From contig SKYU01000040.1 in assembly GCA_007127715.1 (NCBI GenBank), forward strand, positions 8,770 to 72,769: a DNA stretch of 64,000 bases, given 5' to 3'. This document shows positions 12,601 through 20,825 of the stretch, one piece after another. How positions within the stretch are numbered: position 1 is the first letter of the stretch; each line of letters opens with the position of its first letter. This DNA is from Gammaproteobacteria bacterium. GTDB lineage: Bacteria; Pseudomonadota; Gammaproteobacteria; Steroidobacterales; PWYM01. Made by a program: the position numbers and the translations under genes. A model generated the notes under the pieces. The model worked only from the letters and a program-made list of their open reading frames with translations, was not told the origin of the DNA and ran no database searches.

Positions 12601-14537
12601 GTTCCGGTGGCATCAAGGGCCACCACCGCCACCTCGACCGGGCGGTTGGCTTCGCCGCGTCCGTCGCTGAGCTCGGCGCGCAGGCCTACGTAGCGCTCGC
12701 GCGGTCGGAAGGGCAGTTCCAGGGCGCGGGTCACGGCACGCCCGCCCGGCTCGGTGGCCGAGACCAGCACGCGCAGACGCAGCGCCTGCGTCCACTCGGC
12801 GGCCTCGGGGCTGCCGGCGACCTCCACAAGCGCACGGCCGGTGTCATCGGTCAGAGCGGCGGGCAGTTCGTCCAGGCGCTCGCTGAAGGGTTCGTCGTGT
12901 CGGCCGAAGCGAAAGCCCGGGTACGCCTCGAAGGGCTCCGGGTCGACCTGCAGGCGCGTGAGCGCGGTCACCGGCAGATCACTGCCGGGTGCGCCGTACA
13001 GGAAGCGCGCGGTCGCCTGCACGCTCCGGCGCTCCTCGAGGCGAAGGGGCGGTTCGACCTCGCCCTCGAGCGCCAGCTCGATGCGCTGCGGCACGAAATC
13101 CTCCACCGCCAGGCCGCGGCGGGTCACCTCGCCGACGCCGTCGACCTCCAGCGCAATCCGCCACTGGCCCCGGGCGGCATTCCGTGGCAGTTCGAAGGCC
13201 TGCACGATCCCGCCCGCGCGTTCGGCGCGCTGGAATCGCGCACGCGCGTATTCGAGTCCGTTCGGGGTGAACAGGACCAGCGCGCCAGGCCGTTCGTCCA
13301 GCGCGCGGCCGGCAGCGTCGCGCAGCAGCGCCGAGGTGTGCACGGTCTCGCCCGGGCGATAGACGCCGCGGTCGAGGTACAGGTAACCGTCGACCGCGCC
13401 GCGGACACGGCCACTTATGGGGTGATCGGAAAGATCCACCGGTGCACGGTCGAGATCCAGCACGGCGAAGTCGCCGTCGGTGCCGTAGGCGAGCAGCAGG
13501 CGGGGGGCGTTCGGGCCCTGGCCACGCAGCAGCGCCCCGGCGAAGCGCGCCCGACCATCGCGACCGCTGACGGTTTCGGCCAGGATCTCGTTGGAACGCG
13601 CCACCAGCTGCACCCGGGCGTTGCGCACCGGTCGGGCCGTCTGCAGCGAGCGCAGCACCACGTCCAGGCCGTCATGAGCCCGATAGGCCGTGAAGGCGAG
13701 ATCGGTGACCACCACCCAGCGTTCGGCGCGGGCCACCGGGCGGTCGCTGTCGAGTTCCAGCTCGGCGAGGTTCTCGGCGCGCAGCACGTAGGCCCCGGGG
13801 GCGAGTTCACCGAGGACTTCGAGCAGCGGAAACACGGTGGTGACGGGTGCGTTGGCTGCTCCGGGCGTGTCCATCTCGCCGCGCCAGAGTTCGCGGGCCA
13901 CGTCGTCGGCCCGTGCATCCCAGGGCTGCCACGCGTACTCGCCGGACACCGCGTCGAAGCCGCGGCTGATGCTTCGGAAGGCCAGCGCCCGGTCGTTGAC
14001 CCGGCTTACGGTGATGCGCAGGGTCTCCACGTTCACCGTCTCAAGCGCCACGCCGTCGGCTTCGATACGCGGCAGGATCACGCCCCCGCCGGCGAAGCGC
14101 ACCACCGCCGGGCGATCAGCGAAGCTCAGGGTCTCGCTCACCTCGGCCGACAGGCGCCGGCCATCGGCGGCGGGCAGGCCGGCGCGCAGGGTGAGCGCGT
14201 GGCGTTCGCCGAACCCGAGGCCGCCAATACACAGCCGCTCACCTTCCACGGCAAGAGCCACCGGGGCATCGATTGCCACGTAGGCGCTGTAGTCGACCGT
14301 GGGGTCCAGCGCTGCCGAGAAGTGCAGGCAGATCAGCGGTCGGTCACCGGAGAGCTCGGTCGCGTAGCGCCGGTACTGGAGGGCCGCCCTTGAAGCCGCC
14401 TCGGGCATCGCCCCCGCGGCCCCGGCCGAGCTGCTGTCGGTGGCGCCGGGCGCCGGGATGCCGCCCCCCGGGTCCGTGCAGGCACCGAGCAGGACCACGA
14501 GCGCCACTGGCGCGAGCATCATCAGGAATCGGTGCAT
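9672..14537 (-). CDS. yfhM: bacterial alpha-2-macroglobulin, YfhM-type lipoprotein with thioester motif
   Basis: 1621-aa ORF with a lipobox at the N-terminus (VVLLGAC, Cys20). A CxEQ thioester motif (YPYGCSEQQ) is encoded at 11046-11057. It lies immediately upstream of, and is translationally coupled to, pbpC. Confidence 0.92.
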   Translation of the reverse strand: MHRFLMMLAPVALVVLLGACTDPGGGIPAPGATDSSSAGAAGAMPEAASRAALQYRRYATELSGDRPLICLHFSAALDPTVDYSAYVAIDAPVALAVEGERLCIGGLGFGERHALTLRAGLPAADGRRLSAEVSETLSFADRPAVVRFAGGGVILPRIEADGVALETVNVETLRITVSRVNDRALAFRSISRGFDAVSGEYAWQPWDARADDVARELWRGEMDTPGAANAPVTTVFPLLEVLGELAPGAYVLRAENLAELELDSDRPVARAERWVVVTDLAFTAYRAHDGLDVVLRSLQTARPVRNARVQLVARSNEILAETVSGRDGRARFAGALLRGQGPNAPRLLLAYGTDGDFAVLDLDRAPVDLSDHPISGRVRGAVDGYLYLDRGVYRPGETVHTSALLRDAAGRALDERPGALVLFTPNGLEYARARFQRAERAGGIVQAFELPRNAARGQWRIALEVDGVGEVTRRGLAVEDFVPQRIELALEGEVEPPLRLEERRSVQATARFLYGAPGSDLPVTALTRLQVDPEPFEAYPGFRFGRHDEPFSERLDELPAALTDDTGRALVEVAGSPEAAEWTQALRLRVLVSATEPGGRAVTRALELPFRPRERYVGLRAELSDGRGEANRPVEVAVVALDATGTAREAALDWQLLRNDWQYDWYRTEWGEWQWRRSRRVVPIEDGRVEVGTDGATLRTPALDWGDYTVVLRAEGELVASTGFQVGWAGSGEGDVEAPDRVRVAGPARAPRLGERAEITILAPYAGIAEVVVATDRVLESLSVEVPAEGTRVSLPVTADWGAGAHVMVSVYTPRDSGRRPQPRRAVGVAHVPVDLAAEGRSFELAVDAPAEVVRPNQPATLQVQASGLPRGEPAWLTLAAVDEGILQLTGFASPDPVGWFFGRTALGVELLDDYGRLLDPNQGRAAAVRSGGDGGFGGEGLEAVPFRTVALFSGPVALDAAGRGSLRLDLPDFNGELRLMAVAWSREGLAATSRSLTVRDPVPAELVLPRFLAPGDEARATLSLDNVEGVAGDYLVSLGADAGLTLGSDTLTVALDRGQRADRHVPLTGTAAGVGELSLNVLGPDGFAVARSWPLQVRPAWLPASQVLRVRLSPDERLAVPASLLEGYRPETATLQASFAATPIDVAALYRALADYPYGCSEQQVSRVLPLLYAGQLAGLGAIVPPAGAEQEIRAAIETLLARQDRDGAFGLWRVGDLGASPWLGAYLTDFLARAAEAGHSVPAAALERAYAALQPVAQGEPWRIVGYDTRVPEPPLTSDTRERLEHRSAAYASYVLARAGRMDRSRLRYLHDELLAKIESPLARAHLGAALASLGDRARAVSAFAAAVDALGYRNPGDVYQSPLRDLAGVLALAAEAGVEEHVGPLLERLGEALPEPTRLNVQEQVFVLLAARALTGGAGRLAMEDGAGRALGAVVTLEADALETLPVFVNRGTGPVWVTLLARGSTLDPPAAVSEGLAVRKRLSDLTGRPVDPAAVRQGERLVISLEIASRQAALAQVALVDLLPAGLEIEAVLSAGDAGEQGRFGWLGTLSETRSAEARDDRFIAALDVRGGVSYRVAYLVRAVTPGYFTLPGAVAEDMYRPGRFARSASGELTVAP

Positions 14538-14645
14538 GGCTTGTCCCCGGTTCTACGATAGGCTGGCAGTTCGCAGTCTGCCATGCGCGGCCCCCGCGGC
14601 GCCGGGTACCATTACCGTTCTGGGAACAGTTTCCGGAGTCATGCC

Positions 14646-15323
14646 ATGTTCGGTTTACGCAAGCTCACCCGCATACCTTCCGCCGCGGAGGCGCTGCCCG
14701 GCCGCGATCAGGCCATGGCCGTGCCTGCCGCACACTTCGTGAACGGCCGGCCCCTGCAGCCACCGTTCCCCGCAGGCCTGGAACAGGCGATATTCGGGTT
14801 GGGGTGTTTCTGGGGGGCGGAGCGTCGGTTCTGGCAGACCCCCGGGGTCTGGAGCACCGCGGTGGGTTATGCCGCCGGCGTAACCCCCAACCCGACCTAC
14901 GAGGAGGTCTGTACCGGGCGGACCGGGCACAACGAGGTGGTACTGGTGGTTTTCGATCCTGCGACGATCGACTATGCCGGCCTGCTGCAGGTGTTCTGGG
15001 AGTCGCACGATCCTACGCAGGGCATGCGCCAGGGTAACGACGTGGGCACCCAGTACCGCTCAGGCATCTACACCTTCGGCGAGCGTCAGCAGGCCGTCGC
15101 AGAGCGCTCGCGGGACGCCTATCAGGCGGCCCTGCAGCGCGCAGGCTACGGGGCCATCACCACGGAGATCCTGCCGGCGCCGACGTTCTACTATGCCGAG
15201 GACTACCACCAGCAGTACCTGGCGAAGAATCCGGGGGGGTACTGCGGACTCGGAGGTACCGGCGTCGGCTGTCCGGCGGGTCTGGCGGAGCCCCCGCCGG
15301 CGGCTACGACGGCGTCGAGCTGA
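14646..15323 (+). CDS. msrA: peptide-methionine (S)-S-oxide reductase
   Basis: Track ORF trimmed to ATG 14646 (MFGLRKL..). The catalytic GLGCFWGAE motif and conserved [11 protein letters not shown] blocks are present. Confidence 0.93.
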   Translation: MFGLRKLTRIPSAAEALPGRDQAMAVPAAHFVNGRPLQPPFPAGLEQAIFGLGCFWGAERRFWQTPGVWSTAVGYAAGVTPNPTYEEVCTGRTGHNEVVLVVFDPATIDYAGLLQVFWESHDPTQGMRQGNDVGTQYRSGIYTFGERQQAVAERSRDAYQAALQRAGYGAITTEILPAPTFYYAEDYHQQYLAKNPGGYCGLGGTGVGCPAGLAEPPPAATTASS

Positions 15324-16191
15324 GCAGGGGGCCGACCGCCGGGTGCTCCGCCCCGGTGGCCGGTGTCAGCAGGAAGACCCTCGCCGTGAGGTCCGGCAAC
15401 TCGCCGATGCACTCGACCCCATGTCGCCGGCAGATGTCTCCGCGGATCATCGCCGGGGCGAGGAAAATGCCCGCCCCCGCCTCGCCGAACACCTCGCGCA
15501 GCGCCGCGTCGTCGAATTCCCCGATGATCTGTGGCGTGATGTCGCGGGCCGCGAACCAGTCGTCGAGCATGCTGCGGGCCGCGCCCCCGGGGCTGGGCAG
15601 CAGCAGGGGGGCATCGTTCAGTGACGCCGGAAAGCGCGGCCGGTAGCGGGCCGCCAGGTCGCCGTGGGCGAAGGCAGCCAACGGGCTGGCCAGGAGTTCC
15701 CGGGCATGGACCGGTGGGCTCAGCCCCGCGGGCGCGCGGTCCGAGGAGAGTACTGCATCGATGCGCCGCGCCGTGAGTTCGCGCAACAGCGCCTCGTGTC
15801 CGCCTTCGCGACAGACCAGCCTCGGGGCCGGTCGCGTCGCCAGCAGGGGGTGGAGCACCCGTCGTACCAGCAGCCGGGGCAGCAGTGCATTGATGCCGAC
15901 GCGGAAGTCCGGCATGCCGGGGCCGCGGCCGAGGTGATCCAGCAGCTCCTCGCCGAGGCGAAAAATCCGGTCGGCATAGCCCATGACCACCCGGCCCTGC
16001 GCTGTCGGACCGACGCCGCGGCCACGACGCTGCAGCAGGCGCACGCCCAGTTCCGCCTCGAGCTGACGCAACTGGCCGCTGATCGTCTGTGGCGTGACAT
16101 GCAGCGTTTCCGCGGCCTGGCGGATCGATCCCTCGCGGATGACCGTCCGCAGATACAGCAGATGGAGATAATTGAGGCGACGGACATCCAT
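15304..16191 (-). CDS. LysR-family transcriptional regulator, NhaR-like
   Basis: 295 aa. The N-terminal wHTH ([54 protein letters not shown]) closely follows the E. coli NhaR pattern. No nhaA is adjacent. Confidence 0.9.
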   Translation of the reverse strand: MDVRRLNYLHLLYLRTVIREGSIRQAAETLHVTPQTISGQLRQLEAELGVRLLQRRGRGVGPTAQGRVVMGYADRIFRLGEELLDHLGRGPGMPDFRVGINALLPRLLVRRVLHPLLATRPAPRLVCREGGHEALLRELTARRIDAVLSSDRAPAGLSPPVHARELLASPLAAFAHGDLAARYRPRFPASLNDAPLLLPSPGGAARSMLDDWFAARDITPQIIGEFDDAALREVFGEAGAGIFLAPAMIRGDICRRHGVECIGELPDLTARVFLLTPATGAEHPAVGPLLSSTPS

Positions 16192-16194
16192 ACA

Positions 16195-16207
16195 TCGATA
16201 ATATCGA
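16195..16207. promoter_or_regulatory. candidate LysR-type binding site, perfect T-N11-A palindrome TCGATAaTATCGA
   Basis: It lies in the 101-bp divergent intergenic region, 4 nt upstream of the LysR ATG and about 92 nt upstream of the methyltransferase ATG. An unusually AT-rich tract (ctttttcttttttc) follows it. Confidence 0.45.
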
Positions 16208-16292
16208 AGTTTACCCTCTAAAGAATCGACTTTTTCTTTTTTCGGGTCTGCGAGAGACTCGGGATTCGCTACACAAGGCCAAGGAGTGAGCC

Positions 16293-17531
16293 ATGTCCGC
16301 CGCTGCAGAACACCTGACCCCGCCGAGCCCGCCTGCCGACACCGGTTGGCTGCCGTTGCCCATGAACACCATGGAGCAGCACGCTGCCCTGCCGACCCTG
16401 ACGCACGATGAGCGGGTGCGCTTCCAGGTGGCTGCCGGAATGAACACCTTCCTGGCGCAGCGACTGCTGCCTGCCGTACAGCGTGCGGCGAGCGAGCGGG
16501 TGGAGCCGGCGCTTAACGCCGAGCTCGGACGTCCGCCAGCCGATCGCCACGAGTACCGGCGCGGCCTGGAGCGGGACCCGACCTGGCAGACCTGGAGCCG
16601 GCTGCGGCGCAGCAACATGGAGATGGTCCAGCAGGCCTGCCGCCTGACCACGCTGCGCCAGCTGCCCACTCTGGTCGAGACCTGCCGGGCGCTCAACGCG
16701 GGCCATGACCGGCTGACCCTCGAGCCGTCACTGCAGCCCCCGGGCTACCTCGCGCGGCTGCACTCCCACCTGATGCCGGGCGGCTATGTGACCGATCTGG
16801 GCAGCGACGACGTGGCCGCCGGCGCCACTTACGAACTTGGCGTCTACGCTGTGCTGGGCGGCAAGTCCGGCCCCGCCTCCGACCGCGCCGGCCGGGCGAC
16901 CGTGGCCTGGCTGCAGGAACACCGGCCGGGCTGGCGGCCGAAGCGCATTCTCGATCTCGGCTGTGGCATCGGTGCCAATACCGCAGCGATCGCCCGGGCG
17001 TTCCCCGAGGCCGAAGTCGTCGGCGTCGAGGCCGGTGCGGCCATGCTTCGCTACGGTGCTGCACGGGCCGCCGCCCTGGGTATCGAGAACATCCGCTTCG
17101 TCCAGGGGGACGTCGAGCAGCCGCCGCTGGGTGAGGAGAAGTTCGACCTGGTGGTGTCGCTGATGGTGCTGCATGAGACCTCGCGCGCCGCGCTGGGGCG
17201 GATTTTCGAGAGCAGCCAGCGTCACCTGGCCCCGGGTGGCCTCACGTTCCATCTGGAGCAGCCCCCGTATCGCGACAAACCGCTGATCGAGCAGTGCCTG
17301 CGGGACTGGGATGGCCGCTACAACAACGAGGCCTTCTGGTCGTCGATGCATGAGACAGATCTGGCCGAGGCGCTTCGTCGCGCCGGCTTTGCCCCCGGCC
17401 ACGTGCACGAGACCGAGGCCAATGCACCGCAGGTCGGTGCCACGCCGAAGACCCAGGAGGACTACGGTCGTGGCGGTGCCTGGTATGTGGTCGTCGGCGA
17501 GAAGCCGCGGCTCGAGGAGGTGCGCCCATGA
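16293..17531 (+). CDS. class I SAM-dependent methyltransferase with unrecognised ~190-aa N-terminal domain
   Basis: AAGGAG (16281-16286) sits 6 nt before the ATG. SAM motif I (ILDLGCGIGANT) and downstream motifs (VVGVEAG; FVQGDVE; FDLVVSLMVLHE) are present. I do not recognise the N-terminal half. Confidence 0.85.
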   Translation: MSAAAEHLTPPSPPADTGWLPLPMNTMEQHAALPTLTHDERVRFQVAAGMNTFLAQRLLPAVQRAASERVEPALNAELGRPPADRHEYRRGLERDPTWQTWSRLRRSNMEMVQQACRLTTLRQLPTLVETCRALNAGHDRLTLEPSLQPPGYLARLHSHLMPGGYVTDLGSDDVAAGATYELGVYAVLGGKSGPASDRAGRATVAWLQEHRPGWRPKRILDLGCGIGANTAAIARAFPEAEVVGVEAGAAMLRYGAARAAALGIENIRFVQGDVEQPPLGEEKFDLVVSLMVLHETSRAALGRIFESSQRHLAPGGLTFHLEQPPYRDKPLIEQCLRDWDGRYNNEAFWSSMHETDLAEALRRAGFAPGHVHETEANAPQVGATPKTQEDYGRGGAWYVVVGEKPRLEEVRP

Positions 17532-17836
17532 CGCTCGACAAGGACACCCTGATCCAGGGGACCGAGCCTGCCGCAGGCCCGCGTCCGCAGTTCTTCGATG
17601 ATCCCGCGATGGATCGCGTATGGGACGTGCTGGTCGCCCTGACTACCGAGCTCGCGGTCACACGGACGCGGCTGGACTCACTCGAGCGGATCCTCGCCGA
17701 GCAGGGCGGGCTTCCGGACGGGGCGCTCGACGGCTGGGAAGCTGACGAGACGACCGCCACGCAGCAGGCCCTCGCCCATCAGGAACTGCTGACCCGCGTG
17801 TTCCGCGGCCTGCTGCAGGAGACGCCCTCCGCCTGA
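17528..17836 (+). CDS. hypothetical protein, translationally coupled to the methyltransferase
   Basis: ATGA overlap with the upstream stop. The 102-aa product has strong GC3 bias in frame and a helical-looking core (DRVWDVLVALTTELAVTRTRLDSLERILAEQG). No family recognised. Confidence 0.6.
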   Translation: MTLDKDTLIQGTEPAAGPRPQFFDDPAMDRVWDVLVALTTELAVTRTRLDSLERILAEQGGLPDGALDGWEADETTATQQALAHQELLTRVFRGLLQETPSA

Positions 17837-17856
17837 GCCCCACGGCCTGCGGCGCA

Positions 17857-19431
17857 TCACCGGTTCAGCGGCGGAAACCCTCGCGGTGGCCGATGATGGC
17901 CGGTGTCCTGCTCGTAGGCGTAGGCCAGCGCCAGCAGCAGCGCGTCGTCCCAGGGCCGGCCGGCGAACTGCAGACCGGCCGGCAGCTCTCCCCAAAGCAT
18001 GCCCATGGGCACCGTGATGGCCGGCAGCCCGGCCGCCGGCACCAGCCCCTGGGAGTTGTCGCCCCGATAATCCTCCTCCGCCGTCTCCAGCGGTGCCGGC
18101 GGGTGGCGCCAGCTCGGGAACACCAGTGCATCCACCGCGTCGGCGTCCATGGCTGCGATGACCGCCGCCAGCAGGGCCTGCCGACCCTCATGCTCGGCGA
18201 ACTCGCGGCAGTTCGGATTGCTGTCGCCGGGATGTGTATCCGCGGGTGTCTCGAGCGCACGTCGCAGTCCGGGTTCGGCCGGCGGGCTGAACTGGCCCGT
18301 CTCCAGCACCTCCACGACATCGCTCAGCGGTGCCGCCTCGCCCAGGCGTTCGAGATAGCGGGCCATGTCGTAGCGGAAGCGGCCGCAGAACAGCTCCGGT
18401 GTGAGCAGCGTGTCGAGCCCCGGGATGCGCCATGCCGGCAGCAGCGTCGCACCGAGCCGCTCGAGGTCTTCGAGTGCGCGGGCGAACAGCGCGAAGACTT
18501 CGCGGTCGCCATCCTCCGGATCGGCGTGCGGCCAAAGTACCGCAAGGCGCCGCCCCTGCAGGGCCGTGGCATCCAGCCCGGACAGATAGTCCCGGGCCCG
18601 CCGCGCATCGGCCGCCTGTGTGTAGGGGTCGTCCGGGTCGGTGCCGGCCATGACATTCATCAGCAGCGCGGCCTCGCGCACACTGCGTGTCATCGGCCCG
18701 GCCGTATCGCGGTCGAAGGCCAGCGGTACGATCCCGTTTCGCGAGACCAGGCCGAGCGTCGGGCGCAGGCCGACCAGCGCGAGATGGGCGCTCGGTCCGC
18801 GGACCGAGTTGCCGGTGTCCGTACCCAGCCCCGCGATTCCGAACCCCGCCGCCACGCCTGATGCGCTACCACCGCTGGAGCCGGCCGGCGTGCGGTCCAG
18901 TGCGTATGCGTTCGCGGTGTGTCCGTGAGACGAGGAGAAGGTCTGGCGAGGGCTGAAGGCCCATTCGCCCATGTTCGTCTTGGCCAGGATTACCGCACCG
19001 GCATCACGAAGTGCCGAGACCACGAAGGCGTCTGCCGGCGGCAGGTGTTCGAGCAGCGCGATCGATCCTGCGGTGGTCGGCAGATCGTGGGTGTCGAAGT
19101 TGTCCTTCACCAGCAGGGGCGCACAGAACAGCGGGCCGGGTCGCTCCCCGCGGGCGAGAGCTGCGTCGAGTTCGGCCGCCCGGCTGACTGCCGCGGGGTT
19201 TACGACGCTGATGGCACCCAGCTCCCGTGGAGTATCGTACGCCTCGATCCGGGCGATGTAGCCCTCGACGACGTCCACGCAGCGTGTCTGGCCCGCGAGG
19301 ATCGCGGCCTGCACCGTCTCCAGCGACGCCTCGAAGACCTGGAAATGCTGGCGCTCCGGCGGTGCCGGGCTGCAGCCTGCGACCACCGCCGCCACCAGCA
19401 GCGTGGTGACGGCCGCGCCCTGCGGCGTCAC
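17857..19431 (-). CDS. amidase-signature family enzyme, predicted lipoprotein
   Basis: GTG start overlapping the upstream stop (GTGA). The N-terminus has a lipobox (LLVAAVVAGCSP). The amidase signature is present (GSSGGSASGVAAGFGIAGLGTDTGNSVRGPS). Confidence 0.88.
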   Translation of the reverse strand: MTPQGAAVTTLLVAAVVAGCSPAPPERQHFQVFEASLETVQAAILAGQTRCVDVVEGYIARIEAYDTPRELGAISVVNPAAVSRAAELDAALARGERPGPLFCAPLLVKDNFDTHDLPTTAGSIALLEHLPPADAFVVSALRDAGAVILAKTNMGEWAFSPRQTFSSSHGHTANAYALDRTPAGSSGGSASGVAAGFGIAGLGTDTGNSVRGPSAHLALVGLRPTLGLVSRNGIVPLAFDRDTAGPMTRSVREAALLMNVMAGTDPDDPYTQAADARRARDYLSGLDATALQGRRLAVLWPHADPEDGDREVFALFARALEDLERLGATLLPAWRIPGLDTLLTPELFCGRFRYDMARYLERLGEAAPLSDVVEVLETGQFSPPAEPGLRRALETPADTHPGDSNPNCREFAEHEGRQALLAAVIAAMDADAVDALVFPSWRHPPAPLETAEEDYRGDNSQGLVPAAGLPAITVPMGMLWGELPAGLQFAGRPWDDALLLALAYAYEQDTGHHRPPRGFPPLNR

Positions 19432-19997
19432 CGCTGGTAGAGGCCGGTCAGTCGCGCCTCACCGAGCTTCGCACCTTCGACCAGGAAAGCCACCAGCGCG
19501 GTGCTGGCGCCTTCCGCGATGTCCAGACGCTCGGTATCGAGTGCGACCAGCGTGAAATTGTAGCGGTGCGGGTCGCGGCCTTCCGGGGGACAGGGCCCGC
19601 CCCAGCCTGGCACGCCGAAGTCGGTGACGATCTCGCGGCTGCCCTCCGGTGCAAGGCCGGCATCGGGGGCACCGGCGTTCGCCGGCAGCGCGCGCGCCTC
19701 GGCCGGGATGTCGATCAGCACCCAGTGCCACCAGCCGCTGGCGATCGGTGCGTCCGGATCGTGCACCAGCAGCGCGAAGCTTGCCGTGCCCTCGGGCGGA
19801 TCGCTCCACTCCAGCGCGGGAGAGCGGTTGTCGCCGCTGCAGCCGAAGCCGGCAAAGACGTGGTGTTCGGCCAGCATGCCCCCGTCGTCAAATTCCGGGC
19901 TGGTCAGGCGGAAGTCGGCGGCGGCGGCCGAAGCGAGGACCAGCAAGCCGCTGAAACACGCGAGCGCACCTGCACGTTGCATCATTTCTGCCTCCAT
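19428..19997 (-). CDS. YbhB/YbcL family Raf-kinase-inhibitor-like (PEBP) protein, exported
   Basis: Signal peptide (MMQRAGALACFSGLLVLASAAAA) and PEBP blocks (SPALEWSDPPEGTASFALLVHDPDAP; WWHWVLIDIP; GPCPPEGRDPHRYNFTLVALD). The start may be one of the internal Met codons at 19985 or 19982. Confidence 0.88.
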   Translation of the reverse strand: MEAEMMQRAGALACFSGLLVLASAAAADFRLTSPEFDDGGMLAEHHVFAGFGCSGDNRSPALEWSDPPEGTASFALLVHDPDAPIASGWWHWVLIDIPAEARALPANAGAPDAGLAPEGSREIVTDFGVPGWGGPCPPEGRDPHRYNFTLVALDTERLDIAEGASTALVAFLVEGAKLGEARLTGLYQR

Positions 19998-20120
19998 GGC
20001 GGTCGAATGGATTTGTCGAAGTGTGCCACACCGTCCGAGGGCAGGTTGGCGGGGTGAATCCGACGGCCCTGATTTTCGCGAACAGTGTGGTCAGTATCCA
20101 TGGCCTGATGGAGGCCCTGA

Positions 20121-20801
20121 ATGTACACGACACGCTGTCTCAAGCCGCTGACTGCACTGGTGGCAACGCTTGCCTTGCTGGCACCTCTGCACTCTGCCAC
20201 GGCGATCGAGGCCGGGGAACTGCGCTTCCGTGTGCTGCTCGATGACCGGGAAATCGGCGAACATCGCTTCGTGATCTCGCCTGACGCGAGCGGCAAGCAG
20301 GTTCGGAGCGAGGCACGCTTCGATGTGCGCGTGCTGGGTATCCCGGTCTTCCGGTACCGGCACGAGAACGTCGAGCAGTGGAGCTCAGACGGCTGCCTGT
20401 ATGCCATCAGTTCACGTACCCGCTCCAACAGCGACCAGTTCGAGGTCGAGGGCCGCCGCGACCCGGAAACGGGCTTTCGCGTCGCGACGCTGGCCGAGGA
20501 GCGGGCGTTCGAGGAGGGATGCCTGATGAGCTTCGCCTACTGGGACCGGAGTTTCCTCGAACAGTCAAGCCTGCTGAACTCCCAGACGGGCGAGCTGATG
20601 AACGTCTCCATCGAGCCGCTGCCGGGCGACACGCAGACGCGCGTGGCCAACGGGCGGCCACTGGCGGGGTATCGGATCAAGGCGGATGACGGCGAGACCG
20701 ACATCCGGGTCTGGTATGACGCCGAAACCGATCGCTGGGTCGGGCTTGAATCCCGGGTCGCCAACGACCGCCTGCTGGCCTACGTTCGCACGGACGACTG
20801 A
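20121..20801 (+). CDS. hypothetical secreted protein (possibly DUF6134-like)
   Basis: 226 aa with a signal peptide (MYTTRCLKPLTALVATLALLAPLHSATA). The beta-rich sequence begins LRFRVLLDDREIGEHRFV. The family assignment is from memory only. Confidence 0.7.
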   Translation: MYTTRCLKPLTALVATLALLAPLHSATAIEAGELRFRVLLDDREIGEHRFVISPDASGKQVRSEARFDVRVLGIPVFRYRHENVEQWSSDGCLYAISSRTRSNSDQFEVEGRRDPETGFRVATLAEERAFEEGCLMSFAYWDRSFLEQSSLLNSQTGELMNVSIEPLPGDTQTRVANGRPLAGYRIKADDGETDIRVWYDAETDRWVGLESRVANDRLLAYVRTDD

Positions 20802-20825
20802 ACGATCGCCTCACGGACGGCCGCC

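Noticed and set aside
9363-14393. Two very long plus-strand ORFs (9363-11582, 739 aa; 12120-14393, 757 aa) opposite the alpha-2-macroglobulin gene.
   Set aside because: Both are antisense to a gene with a lipobox, a thioester motif and operon logic. The translations are low-complexity (R/G/A/Q/P) with no recognisable domains.
14538-14645. Sigma-54-like TGGCA...TGC string in the A2M/msrA divergent region.
   Set aside because: The spacing between the GG and GC elements is wrong (about 13 nt rather than 10), and no enhancer-binding protein gene is nearby.
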